Source of the DNA: Octopus bimaculoides
Taxonomy: Eukaryota
Direction of reading: 5' to 3'
Assembly (NCBI RefSeq): GCF_001194135.2
Contig: NC_068993.1
Location: forward strand, 24,903,983-24,946,031
Length of the DNA stretch: 42,049 nucleotides
In this document: piece after piece, positions 12,699-24,866 of the stretch
Numbering within the stretch: the first letter of the stretch is position 1
How the letters are laid out: the number at the start of each line of letters is the position of its first letter
Position numbers and translations under genes: made by a program
The notes under the pieces: model-generated
Databases searched by the model: none
Seen by the model: only the letters and a program-made list of their open reading frames with translations
What the model was told of the DNA's origin: nothing

Positions 12699-12917
12699 GG
12701 CGGCGAGCTGGCAGAAACGTTAGCACGCCGGGCGAAATGCTTAGCGATATTTCGTCTGCCGTTACGTTCTGAGTTCAAATTCCGCCGAGGTCGACTTTGC
12801 CTTTCATCCTTTCGGGGTCGATAAATTAAGTACCAGTTACTCACTGGGGTCGATGTAATCGATTTAATCCCTTGTTTGTCCCCTTTATGTTTAGCCCCTT
12901 GTGGGCAATAACAAAAA
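12699..12917 (+). mobile_element. tRNA-derived SINE family A, near-intact and CpG-rich
   Basis: Pol III A-box-like TGGCAGAAACGTTAG and B-box GAGTTCAAATTCC, followed by a shared central domain (gataaattaagtaccagtt...ggggtcgatgtaatcga); preceded by (ACAT)n(ACAA)n. Confidence 0.85.
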
Positions 12918-13289
12918 TACATACATTCATACATACATACACAGAAAGCCAATTCGAAGATTACAGATTCAAGTCATCAACGGAATTGTAAGGATTCGTA
13001 AAATTTTCAAGAAGTTTAGCATTTGAATATATACGCACTTGTCAAGACATGCAGCTATATGCATGAGAATAAATACATAAAACATACAAATCTACACATG
13101 CATGGACTCCAAAAACTGCGCGGACACATACATACATGAATACCGTGTGGACGTCGATTAAAAATTTCAGTGATCTAAGTTAGAAACCAGTTCTTTATTG
13201 CCAAGAAATTTTGAAATAAAGTAAATAATAACATACATACACATGCCCCCGCCCCCAACATGCACATATATATTAATAAAACGCGTGTG

Positions 13290-13410
13290 CACGAAGTGCT
13301 TCCACGCAGTTTTTGTCTACTAAATTCCCTCACAAGAGATTGGTGAAACTGAAGACGAGAGTGAACCCGAAACCACGTGGCTTTGAAGTGAACTTCTGAA
13401 CCACATAGCA
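13290..13410 (-). mobile_element. SINE family B-related 5' fragment
   Basis: gtctactaaattccctcacaag...gaacccgaaaccacgtgg...aacttctgaacc resembles the reverse complement of the family B head. Confidence 0.5.
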
Positions 13411-14055
13411 ATATTTGCGATTTTATTTATTTATTTATTTATTTATCCATCTTCACAAATAATTACAGCAATTCCTTATACATGTGGCATAAGTAGCTGA
13501 GAGCCGTCGATTAAATCGATCTAACATTCCGACACTTTCCAACAAAGTCAACCGAACCGAGATCAGGTTTTTTTTTTTACTCCTGGTTGTTTTTAAACAT
13601 TTCATTTACATTGTTCATGCTCTTGGGAAACAGATCACCATCACAACATCCAATGCTTCTTACCACTAAAATCATTTTTGCTTCGTCAAAAGAACCGGTG
13701 TCGTTTTAAGATTTCAAAAATTATCTTAACTGAGAGCTGGGTTTCCATTCCACTTCATTGCTATGGGCTGGAAAGTGGTATCGAAGTCACATAATGTTCT
13801 CTCCATACACCTATCGGTTTTAGTTTTATTAGACGGATAAAATCAATACATTTCTCGCTCCCTCATTATACACTANNNNNNNNNNNNNNNNNNNNNNNNN
13901 NNNNNNNNNNNNNNNNNNNNNNNNNNNNNNNNNNNNNNNNNNNNNNNNNNNNNNNNNNNNNNNNNNNNTATATATATATATGCGCGCTCATCATGCATAT
14001 TTATTCATGCGTATTGATTTAACCTACAATTCCATCCTCAGTGGAAAACAGCACC

Positions 14056-14097
<42 letters not shown>

Positions 14098-14439
14098 CAT
14101 GTGTGGTTATGCTTAACACTTGGAACAACTGTTACCACACTGTTCTTGATTCTGAACACTGCTACTACGGTGACTTCGAATACAACAGCCATCACCTCTA
14201 TCATACATTTCCTGTAACTTCCACCTGCTGCATACTATGTAGTTCTATATTTTCATGCAAAGCTTTCCTTCCCACATCCACTGTCTTTCGCTTGTTTGCA
14301 TTGCCTTTCTCTGCATGAGTACACTTGTATCAATATGTGTGTATGTGTTCCTTTGTTTAGATTCTGAGTTATAGCTTAACATGTGTGAATGCGTATGATT
14401 AAACACAACGGGACCATATTTAAAACCCTGGTGACTGAA

Positions 14440-15230
14440 AAAAATAACCGAAGAAAAGAAAAGAAAAGAGAGAGTGGAGTGAAGTATGAATATTTCTGTT
14501 GCTATTTGGCGATCTGTTTCCAGAATACGCAGGTGGCATACAGAAGATAGAAGCAGAAACTGAGATGATATATTTGCGGAAGCGGGGAAAGAGAGAGACA
14601 TAGCCAATAAAGCTGAGAGAGAGAGAAAGAGAGTTGGACTCAGATCTAGACCCACATCGAAAGGTAGAGACGAAAGGAAGTCTAAACAACTGAAAGAAAA
14701 AAAGGAAAACAGAAAGTGAATATAACAAAGTGAACTAATGAGACAGCGAAAGGAAGAAAGAATAGGTTGACAATATACAAACTGGAGGCAGAAATATATG
14801 TAGGTGGGCAAGGAAGCAGAAGACTAGAAAGGGAAAGAAAAAAACGATATAAGGAGATGCGAGCCACGGACAGGGAGGAAAAAATGCCCCTATAAGCTGG
14901 GCAGGAAGAGAAGCAGGCAGACAAGTAATCAGAGAGAGAAGCAAGGCGGCAAAAAGAGAAAGGTGAAAAGTATGTGAGAGAGAAAGAGAGAGAGAGAGGA
15001 GAGAAGCAGAGCGGCAAACAGAGAAAGATGACAAAACATGTGAGAGAGAGAGAAAAAGAAAGAGAGCGAAAGAGATTTAGTGAGGAATAAAGTGGTAGAC
15101 CAAACAGAGGGAGTAATAGGAAGCGTTACACATAGACAAAGCAAAGGAGGAATAAAGGCCAAATACATTTGAGATAAGCTGAACAGAGAGAAAGGGTTCG
15201 CACGGCGAAAGACGAAAATGATTCATTACA
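14440..15230. repeat. Purine-biased (GA-rich) low-complexity tract with an internal ~65-bp tandem duplication
   Basis: Plus strand strongly A/G; gagagagaagcaaggcggcaaaaagagaaagg (~14933) and gagagaagcagagcggcaaacagagaaaga (~14999) are diverged copies. Confidence 0.75.
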
Positions 15231-15729
15231 ATGAGAAAATAGGTATGTACCAGATCTGTGTTAGAAATATCTAAATGTGAGATTGTATTTTCCACATGTT
15301 TTTTTTTAACTTAGAGCTCCTTTAGTAAAAAAAATAAAATAAAATAAACATTCACCCTTTTGAGATTTTGTCACGTGGAATATTGGAGAGCAGTTATTTT
15401 TGTTTACATTTACAAATGTGAAAATATACATCCTTGTATAATTAACATGTTTATGTGCACGCGCTATGTACGTTCACCATGCATATACACGTTATTGTGT
15501 GTGTGTGTATCATACGGACAAGCAGTTATTTCTGGCCATCTATGTGATTCTTGGTTTTATTAATTGTGATACAAAGACTGGTGTTAGCATTTCAGTTGTT
15601 TCAATTTCATACACCCTATTGTATATGACATCAAATCATTTATAAAGTTGAAAGTGCATGTATAAATATCTATCTTAGTTTATATCAGCATCATTGCTTT
15701 TCACTGGATTTAGTTTTTGTGGAATTGCA

Positions 15730-16520
15730 TGACTATGTTGGGGAGCCACAAGTCCAGTCAATGACTGGGACATTGCTTTCCTCGCGGGAGAAGTGTAGCC
15801 TTGTGCTTTGTGAGATGTTTGGTTCGTGCTGTGGAAGCGTTGGCTCCATCATAGATTTTCTTTTTAGCGTCACACTTTTTTCAATTTTTCTGAATATTTG
15901 AATTGCTTCTTTTGTCCACCTTCGCACCTTTGAGCTTTGCCATTCATACGACTTGTCCAGCCCATCGATGCTCATGTATAATGACGGTTTCAATGCAAGA
16001 GCCATGCAAGGTCCTACTCGAGTATGCTAATATTCCACCGTTTGAAGCACCACTGAATGTGCATGATTTTCCTGACTTCTGGTCATATATTGCCAGCTTA
16101 TGGAGATGTCGCCTGTGGTTTTATGTTTCAGAGCCGTAAGGAGAGCGAGTACAACTATTTGCTTAATAGACATCAGTTTGATTGTCTCATATCATAATCT
16201 TCATAGAACTGTCTTCTCATTCATCAAATGGTTCGCTAGGCACATTTTATCTGCTGTTGGGAAGCGTTTTGAGATAAGTGACCACCTAGTTATTGAAAGT
16301 GTTCTACGTTTTCTGCCATTTATTTGTATTTGAATGGCTGGACCAGGTGGTCCCTGCTTCATAGCACAATATCTTTGTTTTTAAATATATCGACAGTGAA
16401 ACTTATGCTTTGTACGTCAGAGAAAATGTCGGTAATTGGAATGTTTCTAAAGTTGCGCACATGGCATCATATGCTTACCTATGTAGTCGTGCTCGTTATT
16501 CCGTCCTCTATTGTACCGTA
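15730..16520 (-). mobile_element. Decayed RTE LINE RT C-terminal fragment
   Basis: Minus strand NVEHFQ-LGGHLSQNAS...IVVLALL-YGSET*..RRHLHKL...CIETVIIHEHRWAGQVV*M, homologous to the better-preserved RTE at 38720. Confidence 0.7.
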
Positions 16521-16647
16521 AAGACAAGGAAGGTGTTTACATCTGACTGCATACAGCAGTAGCTAAAAATCTATAGACATATTCTGTAGTATAGCATTGA
16601 ATGAAAACACTGAATTGTCCCAGTAATTTATTTCTCAAACTAGCTGC

Positions 16648-16836
16648 CAAAAATGCGTAATATATGAGGCCCGAAATTTTTGGGGAAGGGACCAGTCGAT
16701 TAGATCGACCCCAGTACTGGTACTTAATTTATCAAGTCCGAAAGGCAAAGATGACCTCGGCGGAATTTGAACTCAGAACATAAAGATACGAAATATCGCT
16801 AAGCATTTCGCCAGGTATGCTAACGTTTCCGCCTCC
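16648..16836 (-). mobile_element. SINE family A copy, CpG retained
   Basis: gacctcggcggaatttgaactc = reverse complement of B-box + ccgccgaggtc. Confidence 0.8.
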
Positions 16837-17434
16837 TTAAAGCCCTTATTAATATTGGAATTATAAGCATTGTCTCAATGTTTAAGAAGTACTCAAGGCC
16901 CTTATAAAACCCCAAAAGCAAGTCTCTCTTTTTCTGCCTACGAAGGCAAGCTATTTATTTACACCTGTTCACATAGAGTTGGCGAAAAATCTAGATATAT
17001 TGTACAGTGTAGTAAATTCTGTATTCAAATATTGAACAATGTCTTAGTAGATTGTAAAAGGTCAGTCACTAAAGAAGGATGCGTCCTACTTTATGCTTCT
17101 CTCTCATCTCCCGCTCCTTAATTTAATTCGTGCTATTTACATTTAAAATGAATGACTGACCTCAAGTTGACTCCCGTAGATGCTGAATGGAGGCTAGCTA
17201 AATGTGACTTGAATGTGGTATTTTTAATCAGCTCAGTGAAGTTGGTAAAGAAGCTTGTATGTCGTGGGGAAAATAATTCAATCAGTACTTCCTTAAATAA
17301 GGACATCTAGAGTAAACTGTTGACTTTTTATGTTGGTTTTCTACCATTTCTTAAAGAGACGGTCTCCTTGATAAAGAATCAAAATTGTTGTAGCCATGAA
17401 ATTAATATACCTACAAAAGAACATTTATAAGCCT

Positions 17435-17587
17435 AGTGAACATACTAGAAAGAGCAGTCAAATCTTCTTCATATACACTGCTAACTTTAAAATGGAAGAA
17501 TAAAATGAATAATGTAGTCCATGGTATATAAACAGAACGGGATGGCCATAAGTCAGCTTGGGTGTTGATCTGGAGCTACAGAACAAC
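17435..17587 (+). mobile_element. SINE family D copy
   Basis: ctagaaagagcagtcaaatcttc...gatctggagctacagaacaac. Confidence 0.5.
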
Positions 17588-17648
17588 TTGCTGGCACAAA
17601 ATGCCTTAGCATGCATACAGATGAACTACTATTTCCCTTTTACCACGA

Positions 17649-17725
17649 AAGTTGACTCTTATGCATGGCCATGACCAAGAAGACTCTGAGTCTTCATGGT
17701 CATGACTATGCCAAAGAGTCAACTT
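17649..17725. repeat. 77-bp near-perfect palindrome
   Basis: aagttgactcttatgcatggccatgaccaagaagactc-t-gagtcttcatggtcatgactatgccaaagagtcaactt; arms 33/38 complementary. Confidence 0.9.
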
Positions 17726-19659
17726 GGCATATATTTGAACAATGTAGACAATACATACGTATATTGCTGTAGTGTTCTTTATGTCCTATAAGTTCATCAT
17801 TTAAATCCTACCATGCCTTTTATCTTTTGGGAGCTCAATAAAACAAAGTACCAGTCACATACTGGGGTTGGTTAATGTAATCGACTAATCCCTTCCTCGA
17901 AAATTGCTAGCCTTGTGTCAAAATTTGAAACAGTTATGTTACTCTTCAAGAATTTTAGCCACTCATATTGACCACACTACTTATTTCAGTATGGCACTTA
18001 ATTTCTGTTTGTTGAAATGATAGGACATAGACAACACATAAATATATGTATGTATTGTCTACATTGTTCAGATACATACCACTGGCCACTGAGTTAGTTG
18101 TCTTAGTTCCCTTGGCTACTGGAGATAAGATCTGTCAATTGTTATGTTGATAATGGCTATCTGGGTCAGGAATACATGTCCATGATTGTACTCTCATCTC
18201 CAGATAGTAAGCCTGTTCTTTTCCTTAATGTCATGTCAACTTTAGAGAAAATTCTTGATTCTTGAGTCTCTCTCATCTTCTGCTGGGGAATTGGTTTCAA
18301 TTGTTATTTGGTATTTATGATACATCCTCTTAACATAGAAATAATTTTAATACATTGAAAATTCGTGTTGTATGGTATCTAGTATACTTCTGTTTGTCTA
18401 TGTTGCTCAAATACATGCCCACTGGCCACTTCGAGTTATTTCTCTCACATCATTTATGTTTATGTGTATATTATAAATGTATAGACAGGCTTTTGCATAG
18501 TTTCCATCTGCCAAATTCCATGTGCAAAGTATAGGTTAACTTGAGCTAATGATAGTTGGACCTGCTTACCCAAGGTACTGTACAGTGAGGTGGAACGTTG
18601 AGCCATGGGGTTGGAAAGTGTGGTATTACATGTTTGTTTCAACAAACACCAGATGGTCAGAGGCATAGATAGTTACTTCTTGACATTATAGCCATACCAC
18701 AAATTGACATGTTCTTTGTATGCTCTGTTAGATGTAGCTTAAAGAATGGTAAACGCCTCCAAACTGACTTACCCATGATATGTGATATGCTACATGATAT
18801 TATTTCGAATCAACACTAATTGAACAAACATAAGGTCAATGCAGTTTCAGACGTTTCATTTCTGTATATCAGGGACTACACTATATAGGGTGTTCTTCTA
18901 TTTTTAAGATGGCAGTGTATAATCTGAGGGAGATTTGCTGCTTTTTCAAGCAGCTCAGTCAGCATGCACAATCAAAGTTGACATGGGGATGTATAGTTAC
19001 TACATTGTGGTTCAGTATTTGGCTCCCATGAAGAGGAAGTATTCAGTGCTAAGTCTATAATGTTGGTGAGTTCAAAACAATAAAGGCAATAGTGGAGGAG
19101 GAGGAGGAAAGCACTATCTGATAGTGGTCATGATTGGGCAGTATTTAGTGGTAGATGTGGTGTGAGAAAGTATTTATGTTAGAGTGAGTAGAATGCAGTA
19201 AAAGAATAAATGAAATAAAGAGAATTCTATGTTATTTCTAAACATGACTGGCTGCAGGCAATGTGCCAGCTGTTTACACTGATTAACAAGAGCTCAGCTA
19301 ATTACACCTGTCTTCTTGTTCTTTTTCTGGCTAGCTATACCAGTTTTGGTGGGTTTTGTTTTGGTTTGGTTTTTGTTAACTGAAATGCATTGCTGTCCGT
19401 ACAGCTATTGATATTTTAACTAGTTAGGGAGTATTGTAAAGAAAAAATGTAAATTTCAATTTAAGCAAGCTTCGTTTTTTTGATTGAACCCACAAAAATT
19501 CACATTCTGTAACTAATCTAATTTTTAGTAAAGCCGAATTGTATTTAAACAAGTTATTTTATTGTCAGTTTTATTCTATTGAATAAAATGGCTGGTAGAC
19601 AAATGCAACATATCTGTGAAATTGTTTTTATATCAAACAAAGTCACCATCATTATTGGT

Positions 19660-19780
19660 TTCAAATTATGGCACAAGGCCAACAATTTGAAGGGAGTGGG
19701 TAAGTTGATTGCATCCCCCCACCCCAGTACTCAACTGGTTTTTATTTTATCAGTGGCAAAAGGATGAAAGGCTAACATTT
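19660..19780 (-). mobile_element. SINE family A fragment
   Basis: tggcacaaggcc...ccccagtactcaactgg...aaaggatgaaaggc = reverse complement of the family A 3' part. Confidence 0.6.
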
Positions 19781-20590
19781 TTCCCCAGCACAGTAACAAT
19801 TCTGTCAGCTCACCACCTTTCAAAGTCACCCTCATGATTATCATTGTTTTATGTCTGTTTTCCCATGCTGGTATGGGTTCAACAGGTGTTCTGAGAGAAT
19901 GGTTTATAGCTTGATCCCCTTCTTGTTGCTAACCCTTTCAGTCATCTCTTTGAAGAAGTGTGGTTTATGTATTCTAAAACTAGGACACACAGGAACATTA
20001 AGAAAAATTATCTTAAAAAATGTAATTTACTGTCAGAAAAAAACGTTGAACAAAAGATTTAATTGGGCCTCAGATCAGATTCATAGAATACTGTCATAAA
20101 GTCATATGCAGTACACGAATCTCCTTTGACACAAAACTACCTGAAATAGCTCTTAGTTCAATGAAGCAAATTCACTGTTTTAACATTTCATCAAAATTTT
20201 GTGTTAACTTATGTTCCAAACACCAGCTTAGTCATAAAGTTATTTTACTAAATTCTTTTTTTTTTTTTTTTTTTTTTTTTCAAAATTAACTCAAACAAAA
20301 GGAGTGTATTTTGATAGAGATATGGTGTCAAAAAGGATAAAGTAGTTGAAGATATTGCACTTGTTAAGGTGAAACTCTTATCAGATATATCTAGATTAAG
20401 TAGAAAGATTAGTCTAAGCCAGATTGTTGAGGGGCAAAGAACAAAGCTGACAGTTCAGAGATAACATAAGACAATGTTAACAAACTTTGCTGCCCTTATA
20501 ACATTTCAGATGTCCATAAAGGATTGGCTTCTAGTGACTGTAGGAAGAGTTTTATTTTGTTAAATTCTTGAATTCAAGATGATGAGTCAC

Positions 20591-20925
20591 CAAGCTTTCC
20601 AACTACAGGTTCCCACTGCATGACACCTTGGGCATGTGTCTTCTACATAGCTTCGGGTCAACTAAAGCCTTGTGAGTGGAATTCATAGAGGGAAACTGAA
20701 AGAAGCCCATGGTATATAAATATGTGTCTGTTTTTGTCCCCCACCACCATTTAACAACTGGTGCTGGTATGTTTATGTCCTTGTTACTTAGTGGTTCAAC
20801 AAAAGAGACTGATAGAATAAGTACGAGCTTTAAAAAATGTACACTGGGGTCGATTTGTACAGCTAAACTTCTTCATGGTGATGCCCCAGCATAGCCACAG
20901 TCTAATGACTGAAACTAGTAAAAGA
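20591..20925 (+). mobile_element. SINE family B copy (CpG-decayed)
   Basis: cccactgcatgacaccttgggc...aaagccttgtgagtgga...ggaaactgaaagaagccc...gactgaaactagtaaaag. Confidence 0.8.
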
Positions 20926-21210
20926 TTAACATGTGTTACTTCTTCTCTTGTCTTATATCCATTCCTCCTCTCTCAATAATCCTTATTTATCCATCAATAC
21001 TAGTAAAATATTTCTTCACTCCTTAACTGGTTCTACCCTGATAGACTTCTAACAATTTATTTCACTGTTTAAACTATTTGTATTATTTTGCCCATACAAA
21101 TCAAAACTCATTTCCTCAGGCAAAGCCCAACCTTCACATAGCTACACCCTTTGACCCACAATAAATCAGTTATAATATTTCAACTGTTAACAGAAGTAGT
21201 TAGCTACACC

Positions 21211-21575
21211 TTTTACCTTTTACTTGTTCCAGTCATTAGACTGCAGCCATGCTGAGGCATCGCCTTGAAAACTTTTTAGTCAAATGAATTGATTCCAGTA
21301 ATTATTTCTTTTTTAAAACCTGATACTTATCCTATTGATCTCTTTTGCACTGAACTCCGAAGTTATGGGGGTGTAAACATACCAACACCAGTTGTAAAGT
21401 GGTGGTTGGGGACAAACATACACACACACACACACACACAGTGGGCTTCTTTCAGTTTCTGTCTACCAAATCCACTCAAGGCTTTGTTTGGCCCAAGATG
21501 CTACACACAGTGGGACTCAACCCAGAACCATGTGGTTGGGAAGCAAACTTCTTACCACACAGCCACACCTATGCC
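21211..21575 (-). mobile_element. SINE family B full-length copy
   Basis: Reverse complement from the tRNA-like head (cttaccacacagccacacc) to the ttttacttg tail, with internal (CA)n. Confidence 0.85.
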
Positions 21576-22169
21576 TTTGGTAGTTTTTGTTTTTGTTTTT
21601 ACTTGATAATTTAATCTTTTATGCTTTTAATGGGGTCCCCCCCCCCCCCNNNNNNNNNNNNNNNNNNNNNNNNNNNNNNNNNNNNNNNNNNNNNNNNNCC
21701 CCCCCCCGTGAAAATATGTTGTTAATTTCATCTCCTAACACCCATCCCTCCAACAACCTTCTAACTGTGGTACTACTCACTAGGGTGCTATAAATGATAC
21801 CACTTATTCCTCTCAACTTCACATTGTATCCTTACCACTGTCCCTTATCACCTCCTCCTCCTCTTTGACCCATTCCTATTTTCTTTCCTTCATTTGTCCT
21901 CCTCCAAACTGATATTCATTACCCCCACTTCAATCCCCATCTCTCATCATCTGTCACACCATTTTCACTCTATTGCACTTACCTACCCGCCCACCTTTAT
22001 GTCCCTCTATCCTTATTCTTTCTTTCATATTCACCTTGTACCATGACTTCACCTCTCTCTCTCTCTCTCTCTCTCCCCACCCACTCCATTCCAGATGGGA
22101 AGCCATGTATTCCCCTCTTCACCAAGTTGCCTGCTCCTGTTACTTTATCATATTTTTACATCTCTCAAT

Positions 22170-22480
22170 ATAATGTCCCACTCAGTTGAGGGGGTCTTAT
22201 CTTGCAGACACCAAGTGACCTCACCAGTGCTGGTGCCTCAAGAAAATAACTCTCAGTAAGCTATGTAGAGCAGTTGGCATTAAGAAGGGCATCCAGCTGT
22301 AGAAATCATACCTAAAAAGACATTAGAGTTCAGCACATGCCCTCTGGCTTGTCAGTTCCTATCAAACTAGTCAACCCATGTCAGCTTTGTAGTATTTCAT
22401 CCATCTTTACATTCTAAGTTCAAATTCTGCCAAGGTTGACTTCACCGAAATTGCTGGCCTTGTCTCAAAATTTGAAACTA
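22170..22480 (+). mobile_element. Decayed SINE family C copy followed by a family A fragment
   Basis: ggcattaagaagggcatccagctgtagaaa...caacccatg; then gttcaaattctgccaaggttgac...aattgctggccttgt. Confidence 0.6.
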
Positions 22481-23234
22481 AATATTGATGATGTATAGGT
22501 GTATGTGTGTGTGTGTATTTATATAAAAATACGCATATGCATGTATATAATGAAAATAAATACATAAATACACACACACATGTGTGTGTGTGTGTGTTTT
22601 GCAAATTAAATTATTGGTGTCTGATACGTGAATAACTTAAAGGTTGTTATATGTGGGTTTCAAATACTAAAGTGTGTTGTCACGTAGTCGTAAACAACTC
22701 ATAGATCTTAACACTATATATTGACATAGTGCTTTTTTCTCTCTAAGCTTTATGAGCTTTCAGTTAACATTTATTTCCTGCTTGATGTTGAATGTTTAGT
22801 AAATCTTGATAATGATTTTAAGATAGTTTTGCATAAAACATAGACTTGAAAGTATTTATGAAGTATAAAGATAAGTTTGATGATGTTAAAAAACATAACA
22901 TTAAACATTTAATTGACATGTTTCTTTCTTCAAACCTGTAGATAAGAAAAAACAAATATATATATACATAGATTTATTTATTTCAAGTTTCATTCATTTA
23001 CACATGTTTTAGAGACACTGGTTTCCATATAAAAGTAGTGCAGTGATTTGCTGTCCTATTACACACATACATAATATTTAATGACTCAGTCAACAAAAGT
23101 ATGTACAAAGCCACTTTCTTTATTGATATAGTTACAAACACAAGACATTGATTGAAAACATGTCAGATAACCATTAAAGAAATTCCTTGCATAACTGGTA
23201 TGGCAATTTGAAATAATAAAAACAATGGGAAATA

Positions 23235-23436
23235 GGCAGCCAGCTGGCAGAAACTTTAGCATGCTTAGTGGTATTTCATCTGTCTTCACATTCTGAGTTC
23301 AAATTCCACCAAGGTCAACTTTGCCTTTCATCCTTTCAGGGTTGATAAATTAAGTACCTGTTGTGTACTGAGGTCAATCTAATCGACTGGCCCCCACCCC
23401 AAAAATTTTGGGCCTTGTGCCTAGAGTAGAAATAAG
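23235..23436 (+). mobile_element. SINE family A copy (CpG sites deaminated)
   Basis: gctggcagaaac...gagttcaaattccaccaaggtcaactttgcctttcatcctttcagggttgataaattaagtacc. Confidence 0.85.
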
Positions 23437-23587
23437 AACAATGGGAAATGAGAGGAATTCTTTTCTGTGTATTTTGACTAAATTCAATTCCATTTGTGAC
23501 TGAAGGTAACCATAATCTTCACTGATAAACATATCCAGTCAGTTTTCTAGTGTTGCTTCTGAAAGTGCTTTACTAAGATGAACTAAC

Positions 23588-23942
23588 AGATGCAGGATTG
23601 GCTGAGTGGTAAGAAGCTTGCTTCCCAACGACATTGTTCCAGATTCAGTCCCATTGCAATGGCACCTTAGGCAAGTGTCTTCTACTAGCCTTGGGCTGAT
23701 CAAAGCCTTGTGAGTGGATTTGGTAGACGGAAACTGCAAGAAGCCCATCATGTGTGTGTGTGTTTGTCCACCACCACCGCTTAACAACTGTTGTGTTTAC
23801 ATTCCTGTAACTTAGTGGTTTGGCAAAAGAGACCAATAGAATAAGTACTAGGGTCGATTCATTTGACTAACAACTCTTCAAGGCAGTGCCCCAGCATGGC
23901 CATAGTCTAATGACTGAAACAAGTAAAAGATAAAAGATAAGA
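23588..23942 (+). mobile_element. SINE family B full-length copy
   Basis: tRNA-like head ggctgagtggtaagaagcttgcttcccaac...ttcagtccc, body, and gactgaaacaagtaaaagataaaaga tail. Confidence 0.85.
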
Positions 23943-24303
23943 AATCACATATTTAACAAAGTAATAAAGAGGTGAGACATTTAGAAGTGTAGTCTTTCTT
24001 TACCTCTGACAACAAGCATGATAATATTTTACCTAAAATCCATACATACCTTCAACAACCAGAACAACTCTACATTCCAGAAATGTTTATATTCTGAACA
24101 GATTTCTTATCAGACCTTTCAATCATTTCCATCTACTTTGACCTATCCTGTATTTAATGACAGAAATAATTGAATTCAAGCAACAAAACAAATAAAAAAA
24201 AATGTATATATCTTCCTCCTCTTACTGTTGAGCTAGTCAGTTGTTTACAGTAAAAGTTTATGTCATTTTGTTGTGCTCTTCAACACATTTTCCTGAAGTA
24301 AAT

Positions 24304-24480
24304 TCATTATCATCATCATTTAACGTGTTTTCTATGCTGGTGTGGGTTGGGCAGTTTGGCTGGAGCTGGTAAGGCCAGGGACTGCATCAGGCTCCATTGT
24401 CTGGTTTCTATGGTTGGATGCCCTTCCTAACGCCAACCCCTCCACAGAGTGTACTGGGTGCTTTTATGTGGCACCAACCC
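24304..24480 (-). mobile_element. SINE family C 3' part
   Basis: catcatcatttaac...ggttggatgcccttcctaacgccaacc matches the copies at 37737 and 39568. Confidence 0.7.
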
Positions 24481-24539
24481 CAATATTTTTAACATGGAAT
24501 CTGCACAAGTGCTTTTGTGGGCCTTCTTGAATACAGATT

Positions 24540-24866
24540 GTAGTCGTTACCACTGACTGAGCAAGCCTATACTAAAAGTGTTCCAGTTGTAATCATCCCA
24601 CCTTGTATAAAGTCTAGTATTTAATCTATCAGTCCCTTTTGCTAAATAGCTAAGTTATGTAGACATAAACAAACTGAAACCAGTGGTCAAGCAGTGGTGG
24701 GGGACAACACAAACATGCACACACACACATATAGATATATAGATATACAACAGGTTTCTTTCAGTTTCCACCTACCAAATCTACTCTCAAGAAGACACAG
24801 TGTGATTTAAGAGAATTTAGTTACTATTTCTAACAGTTTAAGAGACCACTTACAGGCTCCCTCATT
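24540..24866 (-). mobile_element. SINE family D copy interrupted by a family B fragment (~24640-24790)
   Basis: gagcaagcctat...catcccacc and gtgatttaagagaatttagttactatttctaacag flank ttttgctaaatagctaagtt...tttctttcagtttccacctaccaaatc. Confidence 0.55.

Noticed and set aside
12699-12790. tRNA gene (also the SINE heads at 23588, 25285, 26861)
   Set aside because: A/B boxes are present but no cloverleaf, and each runs on into a SINE body or is truncated.
14245-15168. Several long minus-strand F/L/S-rich ORFs
   Set aside because: A compositional consequence of the CT-rich strand; no domain or splice support.
16132-16142. 4-nt micro-exon (tttcAG AGCC GTAAGG)
   Set aside because: It lies inside the antisense RTE relic and would frameshift; most likely chance.
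19690-19706. GG|GTAAGT donor
   Set aside because: Part of an antisense family A SINE fragment, with no compatible acceptor.
21636-21707. G-quadruplex-forming poly-C/G island
   Set aside because: The runs flank an N gap, so the true sequence and length are unknown.
22920-23012. Strong-looking acceptor (tttctttcttcaaacctgtAG) as an extra exon
   Set aside because: No donor follows, and the frame is TA-repeat-derived and ends in TAG after 23 codons; unsupported without RNA data.
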